Shown here in pieces: positions 43,611 through 55,030 of a stretch of 64,000 nt of DNA (position 1 is its first letter; each line of letters opens with the position of its first letter). This DNA is from Savitreella phatthalungensis. Taxonomy: Eukaryota. The stretch is from positions 434,001 to 498,000 of the forward strand of contig AP039694.1 in the NCBI GenBank assembly GCA_051599415.1, read 5' to 3'. The translations under genes were made by a program, and so were the position numbers. A model generated the notes under the pieces. That model had not been told where the DNA came from. It did no database searches and worked only from the letters and a program-made list of their open reading frames with translations.

Positions 43611-44381
43611 TCAATGCAATGTGGTAAGCGCAATAGAGTGAGTCTCGATGTCGACGCTGAAGAGAGTGATGCTGGAAAGGTTAAAGCCTCGTGGAAACTC
43701 GGATACTAGCCTGTACTGTACAATTGTGCTGTATGTTGCAATCAGTTGACCGGGGTGGGAGGTTTGGTTCGTACGTCAGGTCGATCCCGTCTGCAGTGAA
43801 TTGAGTCGCTCGTGCGATGGAACCACTAAGAATCGATCGCAGAAGGCTCGTCGGCACTCCTTTAATTTCCTGAGGGCTGTAGACTGAATCTAAGTGCTCA
43901 TTCCTTACTGCGCTGATTGATTGCTCATGCTGTTGGAAGGCCTGTGAGCTATCTGCACAGGTTATTTTAACAGACGTCACCTGGCGCTGACTGGATTCTG
44001 ATTGTTGGTTGCCTGCGATGGAGAAACCGATGTGGTGTTGATGGTTGGACTGAACAAGGTTTAACCTGGTACAGTACTCAATCAGAGTCTGTGATGAGCA
44101 GGCAGGGACTGGTGAATTATGAACACAAAAGTGTGATGGAAGCAATTGTGTGAATTCGACCTGCAGTCCTACAACGCTGGGAGGGTGAATGATAATTATT
44201 CTAGGCCGATTGGTAGCAAGTACCACTGGCTCGGGGCTTGAATATTTAGAAACTTGACTAGGCTTCACTACATTGACCGTCTGCCTTACATGTGCTAAAT
44301 TGGGCTGGCGATTTGACTAGCGATGCCACTCAAAATTAGTCAAATTCTGTTGGATGGGCTGAGCAGAGTCAGACTATCCAT
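43611..44381 (-). CDS. Candidate multi-intron orphan gene
   Basis: Open frame 44268-43775 lacking an ATG. Phase-consistent introns at 43980-43930 and 43774-43729 lead to a 39-codon last exon (TIVQYRLVSEFPRGF..LTTLH*). CACGTGAC and TATAA lie upstream of ATG 44381. 5' exons uncertain. Confidence 0.4.
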
Positions 44382-45564
44382 TGATCAGAAAAATATACTG
44401 GAGCTGAACGACGTTATAAAAAGGTCTGTGACGTCACGTGACCTGAAGCTTCTTAAGCGACGCAGGTCAAATCAGACCTAGCTCGGCTTGGTCTTCGGAC
44501 TCATTTGGGCCCTGGTACCCGGGCAGATCAATCATACACCGCCACACCTCAGCCACGAACCGCGAATATATGCGACTTCAACATATCCGAATGAGTGAGA
44601 CTACATGGTCTACAGACCAAAGTAAGGCCGGACATCCTGACTAAAAAATCTCAAGCTACTGTTCGAGCCTCTGTCAGTGGTCTTTTCGGTGTTCGTCCGC
44701 AGACCAGACATTGCCACTGTTCCCTTTGTGAGGCCAATTCTCCGGGTGTCTGGTGGACCGACGTTGCGCACGCTGGCTGATTCACGGTGACAGTCCACCT
44801 CGTCATCATGAAATCTCGCGTGATACCGCTTCGACTCATCCCTGATCCGCGTGGCAGGCTCAAGTATCGTGCAATGTTTGACCTGCTCTTGTGACTTTCG
44901 TGTTCAGCCAATCGGAGATTTTTTACTTGTCTAAGCCAATGGGAGTCGTTCCCGAGATCTAAAATCCGTTTTATCTGACGTCGTGGTGCGGGATTCGACG
45001 ACGGTCTGTAGAATCGGCAGCTTCCTAAAACGGGAATTCCGATGTCGGCAAAAATCCAGAAATCTGACCCCACCTCGATGGAAATTTTTTTTCGCACCTT
45101 TTCGATCGATCGGCCATGTGAAGGAAAGTTATTCACAGTTTCCAGCTAGGTAGGTGGGTGCAAGGGGGTGTGACCAGGGAGCACGAGATTTCAGGAATAG
45201 AATTTGTATCTGATGGAGATGAAAAATTGAACGGCCCTTTTCTAGGCGTCGGCCAAAAATCGGTGCTCTCGACTTTTCTCACATAGCACGGTGTCGGCTC
45301 AACGGCAGGTGCGCGGCGCAGCAGCCGTGACCCCAGATCATGGCACGCATCGGTCGCAATGATCAGTATACTCGGCCTCAAATGAGTGATAAGTGATAAT
45401 ATTCAGTTTTTATACGGGCTCGCTAGATCGCGAAGGGGCCGTGTCATCCATCTTCTTATTTTTCCCTCGGCAGACACAGGGCTTCTGCTGCGCTGCTGTA
45501 GCTCTCTAAATGTGGAGCAGGTGATTGTTTCTTCAGGAGAATGTCTCTCTTTTGACAACCTCCA

Positions 45565-46788
45565 TCAGGGGGTTACACGCTTTGTAGATGAGATCGAGGA
45601 TGAAGCCGCAGAGTGGCCTTTCTTCTTCGAGCCACGTTTGCGGCCTGATCCTTCATCCTCTGTGATACACTCCTCGTCCGCATCCACGCATCGGCCACAA
45701 GGACGTTGTCTGTCGCAACCCTTCTTGGACTTTTTGCAACGGATACAACGCACGCCAATGCTCCGACCGAGCCCATTCTTGTCCTCGGTTGAGCCGGCCG
45801 ACAAGGTCTCAATCGAGTTCGAATTAGGGAGCGGCGGTGTATGCGTGTGCGTGTTTGTGCGCGAGTGTGATGCGGAGCCATTGCGGGAATGCGCCGGCGG
45901 GGTTATCAGAGTTTGTGAACCGGTGCGCGCGTGCAATGTGGATGAGGAATTGTTGGACGTCCTTTTCTTCGCGGCCGGCGCTTTGACCATTGGCTCGCGC
46001 TCCTCCACACTGCTCGGCGGACTCGATGGGTAGTTGTTGCTTCCTGCTGTGTTTTGCTGTAGCTGCTTTTGCTGCTGTTCGTACTGCTTCTGGACGGAAG
46101 CAAAGTCGACGCCGTCGTGAAGCGCCTTGAGCTGCATGGCTGTGGTCAGCACGGGCATCGGAGACGCCTTTGGCGAAGGGCACTTCAGTGGGCTTAGTGA
46201 AGGGTCGCCGAGCCTGATGAGCTGCATGGCAACATCTTCATCGCTGATGGTCGTCGGCGCCGGCGTAGGGAAGCTCACTGAACCATTTGCCGAACTGCTT
46301 GTCGAATTGTGCGAGGTTAAATTGGTGTTCGCAGGAGAGGCCGTTGACCCGCCGAGATGTTGAGCCTGTAGAGGAGGCAATTGTGACGAATACTGCGATC
46401 CAGGAGCCTGGTGATGAGATTGCTGATGGTAGTTGTACGGGCTGTTGGCTGGCGTATTATAATCCGAGGACCGAAATTCGCGAGCGCCAAATGCTGTCGG
46501 TGCGCCGGGCAAAGGCAGAAGTGGAATATCAGCCGAGGTGAACTTGTTCCTCTTGCGTGGTCCGTCATCGATCTGTGACAGTTGCGTATAGGGTGATGGT
46601 GGACGTTTGACCTGTGGAAGCATGTTTGAGGCCTGATGGGTGATTTGCGACGGATGAGGTGGTTGGTGTTGATGAGGTTGTTGGTGGTGGAAGGAGGTCT
46701 GGGCTGCTTTGGCCGACTGTCTAGGCTCAAGCTTGACGGTTTGCGAGGTTGCGGACGATGTGGGATGTGGTGTCATGAGAGCCGACAT
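45565..46788 (-). CDS. Zn(II)2Cys6 transcription factor with a C-terminal zinc cluster
   Basis: CIRCKKSKKGCDRQRPCGRCVDADEEC; Q/H/S/P-rich low-complexity body; EDVAMQLIRLG motif. Confidence 0.88.
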   Translation of the reverse strand: MSALMTPHPTSSATSQTVKLEPRQSAKAAQTSFHHQQPHQHQPPHPSQITHQASNMLPQVKRPPSPYTQLSQIDDGPRKRNKFTSADIPLLPLPGAPTAFGAREFRSSDYNTPANSPYNYHQQSHHQAPGSQYSSQLPPLQAQHLGGSTASPANTNLTSHNSTSSSANGSVSFPTPAPTTISDEDVAMQLIRLGDPSLSPLKCPSPKASPMPVLTTAMQLKALHDGVDFASVQKQYEQQQKQLQQNTAGSNNYPSSPPSSVEEREPMVKAPAAKKRTSNNSSSTLHARTGSQTLITPPAHSRNGSASHSRTNTHTHTPPLPNSNSIETLSAGSTEDKNGLGRSIGVRCIRCKKSKKGCDRQRPCGRCVDADEECITEDEGSGRKRGSKKKGHSAASSSISSTKRVTP

Positions 46789-47040
46789 GCCTTTCGCATG
46801 TAGCGGGCGTAGGGGAAGAGAGCCGAAGAAGGGAATGAGATGCCGCGCACTGTCGTTATGATTGCTGGCAGAGGGTGCGCGGCAAGACGCCGAGCAGTAG
46901 GATGACTTTCTTCAAGCGCTTTGACCTTCCGATGATGTGCAGAGGATGAGAATGACCGAGGATGGGACCGGGCGATGGATGTAGAGTGGCTGCTGGGTTT
47001 GGTTGCTGGCAGAGGTTGACTGATTCTCCCGGCTTGGCCG

Positions 47041-47058
47041 CTCTCTCTCTCTCTCTCT
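47041..47058. repeat. (CT)9 microsatellite
   Basis: Read directly. Confidence 0.85.
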
Positions 47059-48376
47059 CGCCCTCGCTGTGTCTCTGCCTGCCTCACTCTAGCTCACTCA
47101 CTAACTCTGGCTCATTCGCGAATTAATTCTACTCTAATTTCTTCTCCCGCTCTAGTATTCAGTTAGGGACTGAATATAGGCAACGTTGTTTCGTTCTATT
47201 GAAATCTGGCTCTATACATACGATACCATGCAGTATATTCCAGCTTCTTCACCATCTCATGCACCCACTCATTTCGTTCGTGGACCCGCAGCCAGTGTGA
47301 TATCGTCCATTAGAGGAGGATTCTTGCTTCTACCTCTATCAACCACTTTAGAATTCATCATGCACTGGAGAAGGAGAAGATCCACGAATTTGATTTAGTG
47401 AATTGGAAAATTAAATTTTGCTTTGAGCTGATAACGAAATTGAAATTCCAACTCAATCGATGGATTAGAATTCTTAAGCAATAAATTAATGGTGGTAGAA
47501 CTCTCTTTGTAGTTGGATTCGCTCATCTCATCGGTACGTATCAAATCTGCTCTTCATCAGCAGCAATCTATTCAATCAGTACACAATTGCAGAGGAGAAA
47601 TTACTACTTTACAGAAATTCATGTCGCCTTTTGATAATAATATCCTATTCTTCCATACTCGCTCCAGCTTGCTCGTCACTCACTGTCCGTGCGCGAAGAG
47701 TGTAAAGTTGAGATGGTTACGAATGCATGGTTGGTCGAGCCGCCGGACCAATGACTGACTCGATTCAGTCCACTCAGTTGACCATCAATACAGTCATCCC
47801 ATACCTCCTCACACGCACTCACTCACTCACTCGCTCATTCACTCACTAATTACTCAGTCACTCATTCTCAGCCACTCAGTCCTCACTCTCGCACACACAC
47901 ACCTGCACCACCAAGCTCACTACCATCCATCTCTCCCGTCAGCGAGCAGGGGTAGCGTAAGCGCCAGTCCGCCCGCCGTTGGAGCGGCAGCAGTAGCATC
48001 ACCACCAGCTCACAGGCCCCTGCAATTCCTTCCTTACCTACCTCTTACGCCTCTCCCGTTCCAGTTCTCGTGCTAGTTCCATTCGCAATACCACAGTCAC
48101 GGATTCCGGACTACCATGTCTGTCCGCGCCACCTCTGGCCCACAATCAGCTCTGGTCAGTCAGCGACTGCGCGTAACCTCCATCTCTGCAGAGCACGATG
48201 AACGATGCACAATGCACTAGGACGGATGCGCTCTGGCATCTCAAACAACACCGGTCCACGTCCTTGCGCTTGATCATTCACATGTACCTCTCTGTCTTGA
48301 CGAACATGTCTTCATTATGCCTATGAAGCATTCCTAGATCCGTAGCCGCCCGTAATCTATCCGACCTGTGTGCTGT

Positions 48377-50350
48377 ATGCCGGTATTGATTTATCGCGCA
48401 TTCACACAGCTAGGCCTCCACTTACCTGCTAAATCGCGCCTATCAAGCTCTTCTTCCTTTCCTAAGCCTACGCTTCAGCACAACTATGCAACTGCTGCTG
48501 CGCCACGGGCCGCGCCCACGCTCAAGCTGCGTTCCTACCAGGAAGAATGCATACAGAGCTGCCTGGCAGCTCTACGAGCGGGCAAGCGTCGCATGGCCGT
48601 TTCCCTCGCCACAGGCAGTGGCAAAACGGTCATATTCACCCAGCTGATGGGGCGAATACCTGACGAAGGTCGCCGGACTCGCTCTCTCGTCCTTGTCCAC
48701 CGCAAAGAGCTAGTAGATCAAGCGTTCGCCCATGCAAATCGCGTGTATGCTCCCCTGGGCCGATCGATCGAGATCGAGATGGGAGACAGCCACGCCACGG
48801 GTCAAGCAGACATAACAATCTGCTCTATCCAAAGCCTGATCCGCAGACTTGGCAAGTATGATTCTAGCCGGGTTAAGCTGCTCCTGATTGACGAAGCCCA
48901 TCATGCAGCCGCAGCCTCGTATATCCGAGTGCTCGAGCACTTTCACGCAAACAAACCCGACGCGGACTGTGTCATCGTTGGCGTTTCCGCTACGCTTCTC
49001 CGCCGGGACGGACTCCGGCTGGCAGACGCATTCGACCACATCGCATACCACCGCGATTTTGGTGCAATGATCCGGGACGGCTGGCTGTGTCCTGTGCGCT
49101 TCACTGCTGTCGAGCAGCGGTCTGTGGACTTGTCGAATGTCAAGGTTGACAATTTCGGAGAGTTCGACGCCCGCCAGCTCGCCGACCGCGTCAACACAGT
49201 CACAGCCAACACGACGAGCGTGCGGGCGTGGATCGACCGTGCAAGCGCCACTCGACGAAGCACCATCGTCTTCGCAGTCTCGATCGATCATGCTACCGAC
49301 CTGGCAAACTGCTTCCGAGCGCACGGCGTGGACGCGCGAGTTGTCACGTCACGCCACTCAAGGCTTGAGCGGGAATCATTGACGGAGAGCTTCCGCCGAG
49401 GAGAATTCCCAGTGCTCATCAATATCGGCATCTTCACTGAAGGTTTCGACATGCCGTCGATCGACTGCGTGCTACTATGTCGACCGACCCGGTCACGCGG
49501 ACTCCTCCTCCAAATGATCGGCCGTGGGATGCGGCTGTTCGAGGGCAAGGCGGATTGCCACATTATCGACATGACGAGCTGTCTTGGCGCTGGCGTGGTC
49601 TCGGTCCCTACACTGCATGGCCTCGATCCGGCCATGTTTGTCGGAGAGGAAGTGAGCTCTGCCGAGCTCGAGGCAAAGGAGAAGGAAGTTCGTGAGCAGG
49701 CGTCGCACAAAGACACATCGTCACTCCCAGCACAAGTCAAAGTCAGGTACACAGACTACGAGAGCGCGGACGAGCTGATGGACGAACTCCATGCTCGCGG
49801 TGACCGCCACATCGCCACCCTCAGCCCACTCGCCTGGGTCTCGATAGGCCCAGACAAATACGTGCTGAACCTCGGTGCGCGGTCTTACCTGCGGCTGCTG
49901 CGGGACGATGATGATGGGGAACTGTGGGAGTGTACGGAAACTCGGAAGCTCTCGCAGGAGTGGTCAACCAGTCCGCTCGCTCGACCGAAGCGGTTGTTTG
50001 AGCGATGTGGGTTCGAGCGGGCAGTGGAGATGGCGTCGTCTTATGCGACTGAGCACGCAGGCGGAGCTCGAGTGCCGACACTCCTGAGGAACTCTTCCTG
50101 GCGACGCGCTCCAGCCACCCCAAAGCAGCTGATCCTCTACCGCAAGCTCAACCCACACCTGACCGACAAAGACCTCCGCCCACTCACTGCAGGCGAAGTC
50201 TCAGATTACCTGACCAGGCGCAAGCATGGAGCAAAATCAGCAGCCGATAAGCTCATCGCCCGTCAGAAGCGGCAAGATCGTCAGCTGCGAAAAGATCGAA
50301 TCCGCCATCCTGATGACATCCAGGTAGGTCCACTAGCAGCGGGATCTTGA
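48377..50350 (+). CDS. IRC3: Mitochondrial SF2 DEAH-box DNA helicase, Irc3-like
   Basis: Presequence; LRSYQ, LATGSGKT, DEAHH, SAT, FTEGFDMPSIDC, RPTRS, QMIGRGMR. Confidence 0.88.
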   Translation: MPVLIYRAFTQLGLHLPAKSRLSSSSSFPKPTLQHNYATAAAPRAAPTLKLRSYQEECIQSCLAALRAGKRRMAVSLATGSGKTVIFTQLMGRIPDEGRRTRSLVLVHRKELVDQAFAHANRVYAPLGRSIEIEMGDSHATGQADITICSIQSLIRRLGKYDSSRVKLLLIDEAHHAAAASYIRVLEHFHANKPDADCVIVGVSATLLRRDGLRLADAFDHIAYHRDFGAMIRDGWLCPVRFTAVEQRSVDLSNVKVDNFGEFDARQLADRVNTVTANTTSVRAWIDRASATRRSTIVFAVSIDHATDLANCFRAHGVDARVVTSRHSRLERESLTESFRRGEFPVLINIGIFTEGFDMPSIDCVLLCRPTRSRGLLLQMIGRGMRLFEGKADCHIIDMTSCLGAGVVSVPTLHGLDPAMFVGEEVSSAELEAKEKEVREQASHKDTSSLPAQVKVRYTDYESADELMDELHARGDRHIATLSPLAWVSIGPDKYVLNLGARSYLRLLRDDDDGELWECTETRKLSQEWSTSPLARPKRLFERCGFERAVEMASSYATEHAGGARVPTLLRNSSWRRAPATPKQLILYRKLNPHLTDKDLRPLTAGEVSDYLTRRKHGAKSAADKLIARQKRQDRQLRKDRIRHPDDIQVGPLAAGS

Positions 50351-50470
50351 GCTGTGACGAAGCCAGGTACGATTGACGACGATAGCGCTCACAACGATGA
50401 CGAATAGACAAAGAGTAATGACATGATGTAAGTCATGAAGGAGTGGTACGGAACATGCTCCATGCTGCTT

Positions 50471-50969
50471 CTAGTTTCTTCCCTCGAGGAAACGGCCCAT
50501 GAACGTGTCTGGGAGATGCTTGTTGGACACAGTGTCGTCCTCCTGTGTGAAGTACTTCATCACATGTCTATTGATGAGCGTCAGTCTAACTTCCTTCATC
50601 TTAGTGTTGGGGATGGCAAGGTCTTACGTCTGTTGCTTCCAGAAGTTGTTCAGCTCCTGGAACTCTGCGTGAGCCTTGAAGATCAAGACGTCCGTCACGC
50701 CGAGGTCCTGTACGTAGCGGTTCCGTTCAAACTCCTGGCGCACTTTTGATCGTACTGTCGATATCGGGATCTCGAGGTTATACATGTTGACCATTTCAGG
50801 AACCTGTTTATCATCGCGTCAGTCAGATGGTACACGAGCAAGCGCGCCGGCAGTCACGTACGCAGCGCTGGAAATCTCGGTAGAGCTTGATCACTCGCGA
50901 CCGAGCGATCGCTTTTGAGCCGGAGCTCGCCGTCTTGACGGCCAGGAATGTCGGGTTTGTGTACGACAT
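50471..50969 (-). CDS. NDUFA6: Complex I accessory LYR subunit NDUFA6/B14 (14.8 kDa), 3 exons, absent from the ORF track
   Basis: Exons 50969-50862, 50803-50628, 50567-50471 (381 nt). KLYRDFQR..VRQEFERNRYV..EFQELNNFWKQQTHVMKYF..FMGRFLEGRN. Confidence 0.92.
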
Positions 50970-51326
50970 CGCTGTAGCCGTGATGAGTGAATCGAAACAA
51001 AAGCAAAGATCCTTCTTCTATCGAGAGAATCCTACAGTGAGCTACCTCCCGGTGTTGCTGAAGCTGGACGTCGCCCGCGCTGCAAGCAGGTTCCCCCGAG
51101 CACGTGCATCTTGCTCATGCATACAATTCGAATTTACAATACCACAGTGTATTCCACTCATCTGGGAGACTCAATCCACAGTATCAATAATACCAACAGT
51201 TTATGCAGAAGGAAGGGCATGCCATTGGACGTCATCCCACATCAATTAGTACCTTAAGCCTAAAGGCTCTCACTGCTGCTCAGCCCTTCCTGAAGCTTCT
51301 CGAGAAGCCTGATCCGTAGCGCGTTC

Positions 51327-52205
51327 ATGAGTGCAGCAGCCAGGACGACGGTTCGGCTGGCGTACCAGGTTCACGGTGCGTCTTCTGCCGGTGTATCGAA
51401 GTCGCCTTTGGTTGTGCTGCACGGGTTGTTTGGATCGAAGAGCAACTGGGGTTCGCTGTCGAAGGCTTTTGCGCGAGATCTCGATCGGGACGTCTGGACC
51501 TTAGACGCTCGCAACCATGGCACCTCACCCCATCACCCGACACACAACTACGATGTCCTTGCGGCCGACGTCCGCGACTTCCTTCACGACCACGACCTCG
51601 CGCGCAGGAAGCCGATCCTGATCGGTCACTCGATGGGCGCCAAGATCTGCATGGTCCTCGCCCTCAGACACCCGGACTTGGTCAAGTTGCTCGTCCCCGT
51701 CGACAACGCACCGCTCGATGCCGCCATTTCTTCTGACTTTCCAAAGTACGTGCGCGCGATGAGGGAGATCGAGGCCAAGGGCGTGTCAAAGCAGTCAGAG
51801 GCGGATGCGATGCTCGAGCAAGTCGAACCTGCGCTAGCCATTCGACAGTTCCTCTTGACAAACCTCGTAAGGGATCATGATCATGATGATCCAAGCTCAC
51901 GGAGAATGAAGTTCCGCGTGCCGCTGGATATCCTGGCAAAGTCGCTCGACTATATGGGTGACTTCCCCGTCAGGCCTGCTGATGGTCTCGTGTACAGGGG
52001 ACCTACACTGTTTGTGAGGGGTACGTTCAGCAGGTACGTGCCAGATGACGTGCTCCCGCTGATTGGTCAGCTCTTCCCGAGGTTCAAAGTCGAGGATATC
52101 AACGCCGGTCACTGGGTCCAGGCTGAGAAGCCACAGGAGTTCAAAGAGGTTGTCGAGACCTGGATTCGGGATGAGGAAGAAAAGATCGCCGAACAAGGAG
52201 GTTAA
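51327..52205 (+). CDS. Alpha/beta hydrolase, ABHD11/YbfF/Imo32-like
   Basis: LHGLFGSKSNW, DARNHG, GHSMGAK, VDNAP, RQFLLTN, AGHWVQAEKP. Confidence 0.92.
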   Translation: MSAAARTTVRLAYQVHGASSAGVSKSPLVVLHGLFGSKSNWGSLSKAFARDLDRDVWTLDARNHGTSPHHPTHNYDVLAADVRDFLHDHDLARRKPILIGHSMGAKICMVLALRHPDLVKLLVPVDNAPLDAAISSDFPKYVRAMREIEAKGVSKQSEADAMLEQVEPALAIRQFLLTNLVRDHDHDDPSSRRMKFRVPLDILAKSLDYMGDFPVRPADGLVYRGPTLFVRGTFSRYVPDDVLPLIGQLFPRFKVEDINAGHWVQAEKPQEFKEVVETWIRDEEEKIAEQGG

Positions 52206-52300
52206 CGGCGATATACGATCTGTGAGAGCAGGCATGCATGCATATACATAGGGATAGAGTGTACAATACGTAACGTAGGATGGCATGACGAGGGATATCC

Positions 52301-54718
52301 TCACTTCTTGCGCTTAGCGATCCGCTTGAGAGCACGGGTTTCCTTTTTGAGACGGGCGTCGACCATCTTGTACCTGCCCTTTGTGCCGGATGGTCTGCCG
52401 CCTGTCTTGGACCCCTTTGTGGCGACGACGACCTGAGTCCCACCTTTCTTGCCCTTCTTGCCGCCGCCGAGCGATCGAGATTTGGAAGCTCGGCTGAGGA
52501 CACGAGAGATGCTTGCGGCCTTCTCCCGCTCAGTTAGGTCATCCTGCTCGTTGATGGCGGTAGCGCGCTGCTGAGCACGCTGGAGGACGCGCATGGCGCG
52601 CTGACGCTTCCGGCCTTGCGCTTCCAGGATCTTCTTGATCGGGCGTGCGTTCATGGCTCGCATACGCTCGCGCAACGCCTCCATCGCCTCTTTGCTCACC
52701 GGCAGGTTCGGCTTGTTGTGCTTTGTCTCGTCGTCGAGGAACCACTCTGGCAGACCGTCCTTGTCGAGGAAGCTCCGACGATTGTAGCCTTCGTCGATGA
52801 TATCGTTCTTGGATTTGCGCTTTGACGCGAGCTCGCGTGCCAGGGTCATCGCCTCAGCCGTGACAATATCAATCGACGCTGGGGCATTCTTCGATTTCTT
52901 CGTTCGCAGACCTCGGCCGTCATCACTCTCATCATCAGCGTCACGGTCGTCATCAGAACTCTCGGCGTCTGATTGCTCAGCCGGCACTTCTTCGAAAGCT
53001 GACTCCTTGATGCGGACCTGCTTTGTGCCGTTGGTGGTTGCGGATTGAGCGGCGGGTTTCGCTTCGGGGTCATCCATCGACATGCCCTGGAAGAGATCTT
53101 GATTGAAGAAGAGGGCGGCGCGTTTGGAGAGCGCGCCGTTCGCAGCTGGGGCGGCATCTCCATTGGTCTTGACCAGCTTGGTTGATAGCCTTGTCTGACC
53201 GTCGTCGTCGCTGTCGACTTCATCATCATCATCCTCGTCATCGGCCGCACCATCACGCTTGTCCTGAATGCCCGACCATTCTCCGTCCTCGCCGTCCCCG
53301 CGCGCGCGTTTTGCACGGAACTTAGCATCTCGCATCGCTCGCTGTTCTTTAAATCGCTCGTACATGTGATCGAGCTGATCTTCGAGTTCGTCCTCGGACA
53401 GCTCTTCTTCGTCGGATGAAGGAGGCTGGTCTTCGGGATCCGCTCCTGCTGAGACTTTGTCAAGACCTTGCTTGCGGCGCTCGATTTCGCGCAGGTCGAA
53501 CATGGTATCGTCACGCTGTCTGCCTTCGTCAAGGGCGATGTCCATGCCTGCATCCATGCCCATCTGCATTCTGACGATTTCCTTCTGCTTGCGCTCGTTT
53601 GCGCGCCGTCGATCGCGCTTCTGCCGAGTTTTCTCAGACGCCGACATGGCCTCGATGTCTCGGTCAATTTGCTCTTCTTCGTCGAGTTCCTCCACTTCCG
53701 CCACCTCCTTCGGCTCCTCATCCACCTTGCCAATCCCAAATTCGTCCCGGAGAGCGAGTCGCCACTTGAGCAGGCCTCGGAAGTCTTTCTTACCGAGCAC
53801 CTGCAAATCCTTGGCGCATTCAATGATTTCGCGTGTCGTGAGTGGGTGCTTCTTCAGCTTCCTGCTTTCATCGTCCTCGTCCCACACAAATTCCTGGGTG
53901 AGACCGAGCATGGTGATCGGATCGTTGTCAGACACAAACTCATAGGCTGTCCGAGTCTTGTGCTGTGTGTAGTTGCCCTCCTCATATCCCTCGCGCTGAC
54001 GCCGCCGCTTTTCTGGATGGAAGATCTTTGCTTCCTGATTCGGAGTGACATCGGGGAGGTCCTCGAAGACTGCCTTTGGGTCGAGAAGTTTGGGGTCGAT
54101 CTTCTGTGGAGCCTTGTACTCGCGGCAGACGACGAAAATTTCGGCGGAGACATTACGAGAGGCTTGCGGCTTCGTAGCCTCGACCTTGCGGAAGAACTGG
54201 TTGAAGACCCACATGAGACTGTTGTAGTCTTTGGATCTGAAGACCTTTGTGACAAAGGTACCACCTGGCATGAGGAACTCAGTGGCCAAGCGCAACGACA
54301 TCAGGACAAGCTCTGCCTGCGTATAGGCGTCCTGCAACCAGGCAGTACCGACGTTCGGTGCGCCGTCGTGGATGACGCAATCTGCCTTCCATGTCTTCAT
54401 GTGCTGTCGCAGGATAGTCCGACATCTGTCGGAATTGATGTCTTCTGCGAAGGTAATGACATTCGGAATCGGCTTGATGGGGACGAGATCGACACCAATG
54501 AGAAGCGCTCCTGGCTTACACTGCTTTGAACATACCTGCAGCCAACCTCCTGGCGCAGCGCACAGATCAATGACCACCCGAGCACCTTCTAGGAAGTTGT
54601 ACTTCTTCGCAAGCTGGACAAGCTTGAAGGCTGCACGAGAGCGGTAGCCTTGCTCCTTTGCAAGCTTGTACCACTTATCTAGACGACCCTTTGCCGTCTT
54701 CTTCTGTGGACCGGCCAT
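52301..54718 (-). CDS. SPB1: 27S pre-rRNA 2'-O-methyltransferase Spb1
   Basis: KGRLDKWYKLAKEQGYRSRAAFKL, DLCAAPGGW, HDGAPNVG, FVTKVFRS, SRNVSAEIF, LPEWFLDDE, YKMVDAR. Confidence 0.97.
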   Translation of the reverse strand: MAGPQKKTAKGRLDKWYKLAKEQGYRSRAAFKLVQLAKKYNFLEGARVVIDLCAAPGGWLQVCSKQCKPGALLIGVDLVPIKPIPNVITFAEDINSDRCRTILRQHMKTWKADCVIHDGAPNVGTAWLQDAYTQAELVLMSLRLATEFLMPGGTFVTKVFRSKDYNSLMWVFNQFFRKVEATKPQASRNVSAEIFVVCREYKAPQKIDPKLLDPKAVFEDLPDVTPNQEAKIFHPEKRRRQREGYEEGNYTQHKTRTAYEFVSDNDPITMLGLTQEFVWDEDDESRKLKKHPLTTREIIECAKDLQVLGKKDFRGLLKWRLALRDEFGIGKVDEEPKEVAEVEELDEEEQIDRDIEAMSASEKTRQKRDRRRANERKQKEIVRMQMGMDAGMDIALDEGRQRDDTMFDLREIERRKQGLDKVSAGADPEDQPPSSDEEELSEDELEDQLDHMYERFKEQRAMRDAKFRAKRARGDGEDGEWSGIQDKRDGAADDEDDDDEVDSDDDGQTRLSTKLVKTNGDAAPAANGALSKRAALFFNQDLFQGMSMDDPEAKPAAQSATTNGTKQVRIKESAFEEVPAEQSDAESSDDDRDADDESDDGRGLRTKKSKNAPASIDIVTAEAMTLARELASKRKSKNDIIDEGYNRRSFLDKDGLPEWFLDDETKHNKPNLPVSKEAMEALRERMRAMNARPIKKILEAQGRKRQRAMRVLQRAQQRATAINEQDDLTEREKAASISRVLSRASKSRSLGGGKKGKKGGTQVVVATKGSKTGGRPSGTKGRYKMVDARLKKETRALKRIAKRKK

Positions 54719-55030
54719 AGCGTATAATCACAAGTCAGCGTTCAGCGATCACGCAATGATAGAGCACCTCCTTCTTGTTTGGACTTGAGCCTGAAGACTG
54801 GAGGGACTTGCGCTCTGTCTTGCTCTGTGCAGATGTAGTCGTAGAGTGGTGGATGATCGAGTGAGTGTTTTGTGCCTGGTTGTGAAGCGTACTCGATCAA
54901 ATTAAATGCGCGTCTGATCAGATGTAATCTCACCATGCAACAGGGGTACGGCTGTACTCGAGGATGCATATTTAGGCTGGAAAGAATGGGAGAGAGCTAC
55001 TCAAGGACTTTGTGACAACCTTTACTCAAT

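Noticed and set aside
44290..44381. Unspliced reading from ATG 44381 with in-frame TGA-CTA and TAG, suggesting readthrough or RNA editing
   Set aside because: A 58-nt intron explains the region more simply, and the frame coincidence has a 1-in-3 chance.
44975..45010. tRNA T-arm-like sequence (gtcgaatcccgcacca on the minus strand)
   Set aside because: No cloverleaf, D arm or A box.
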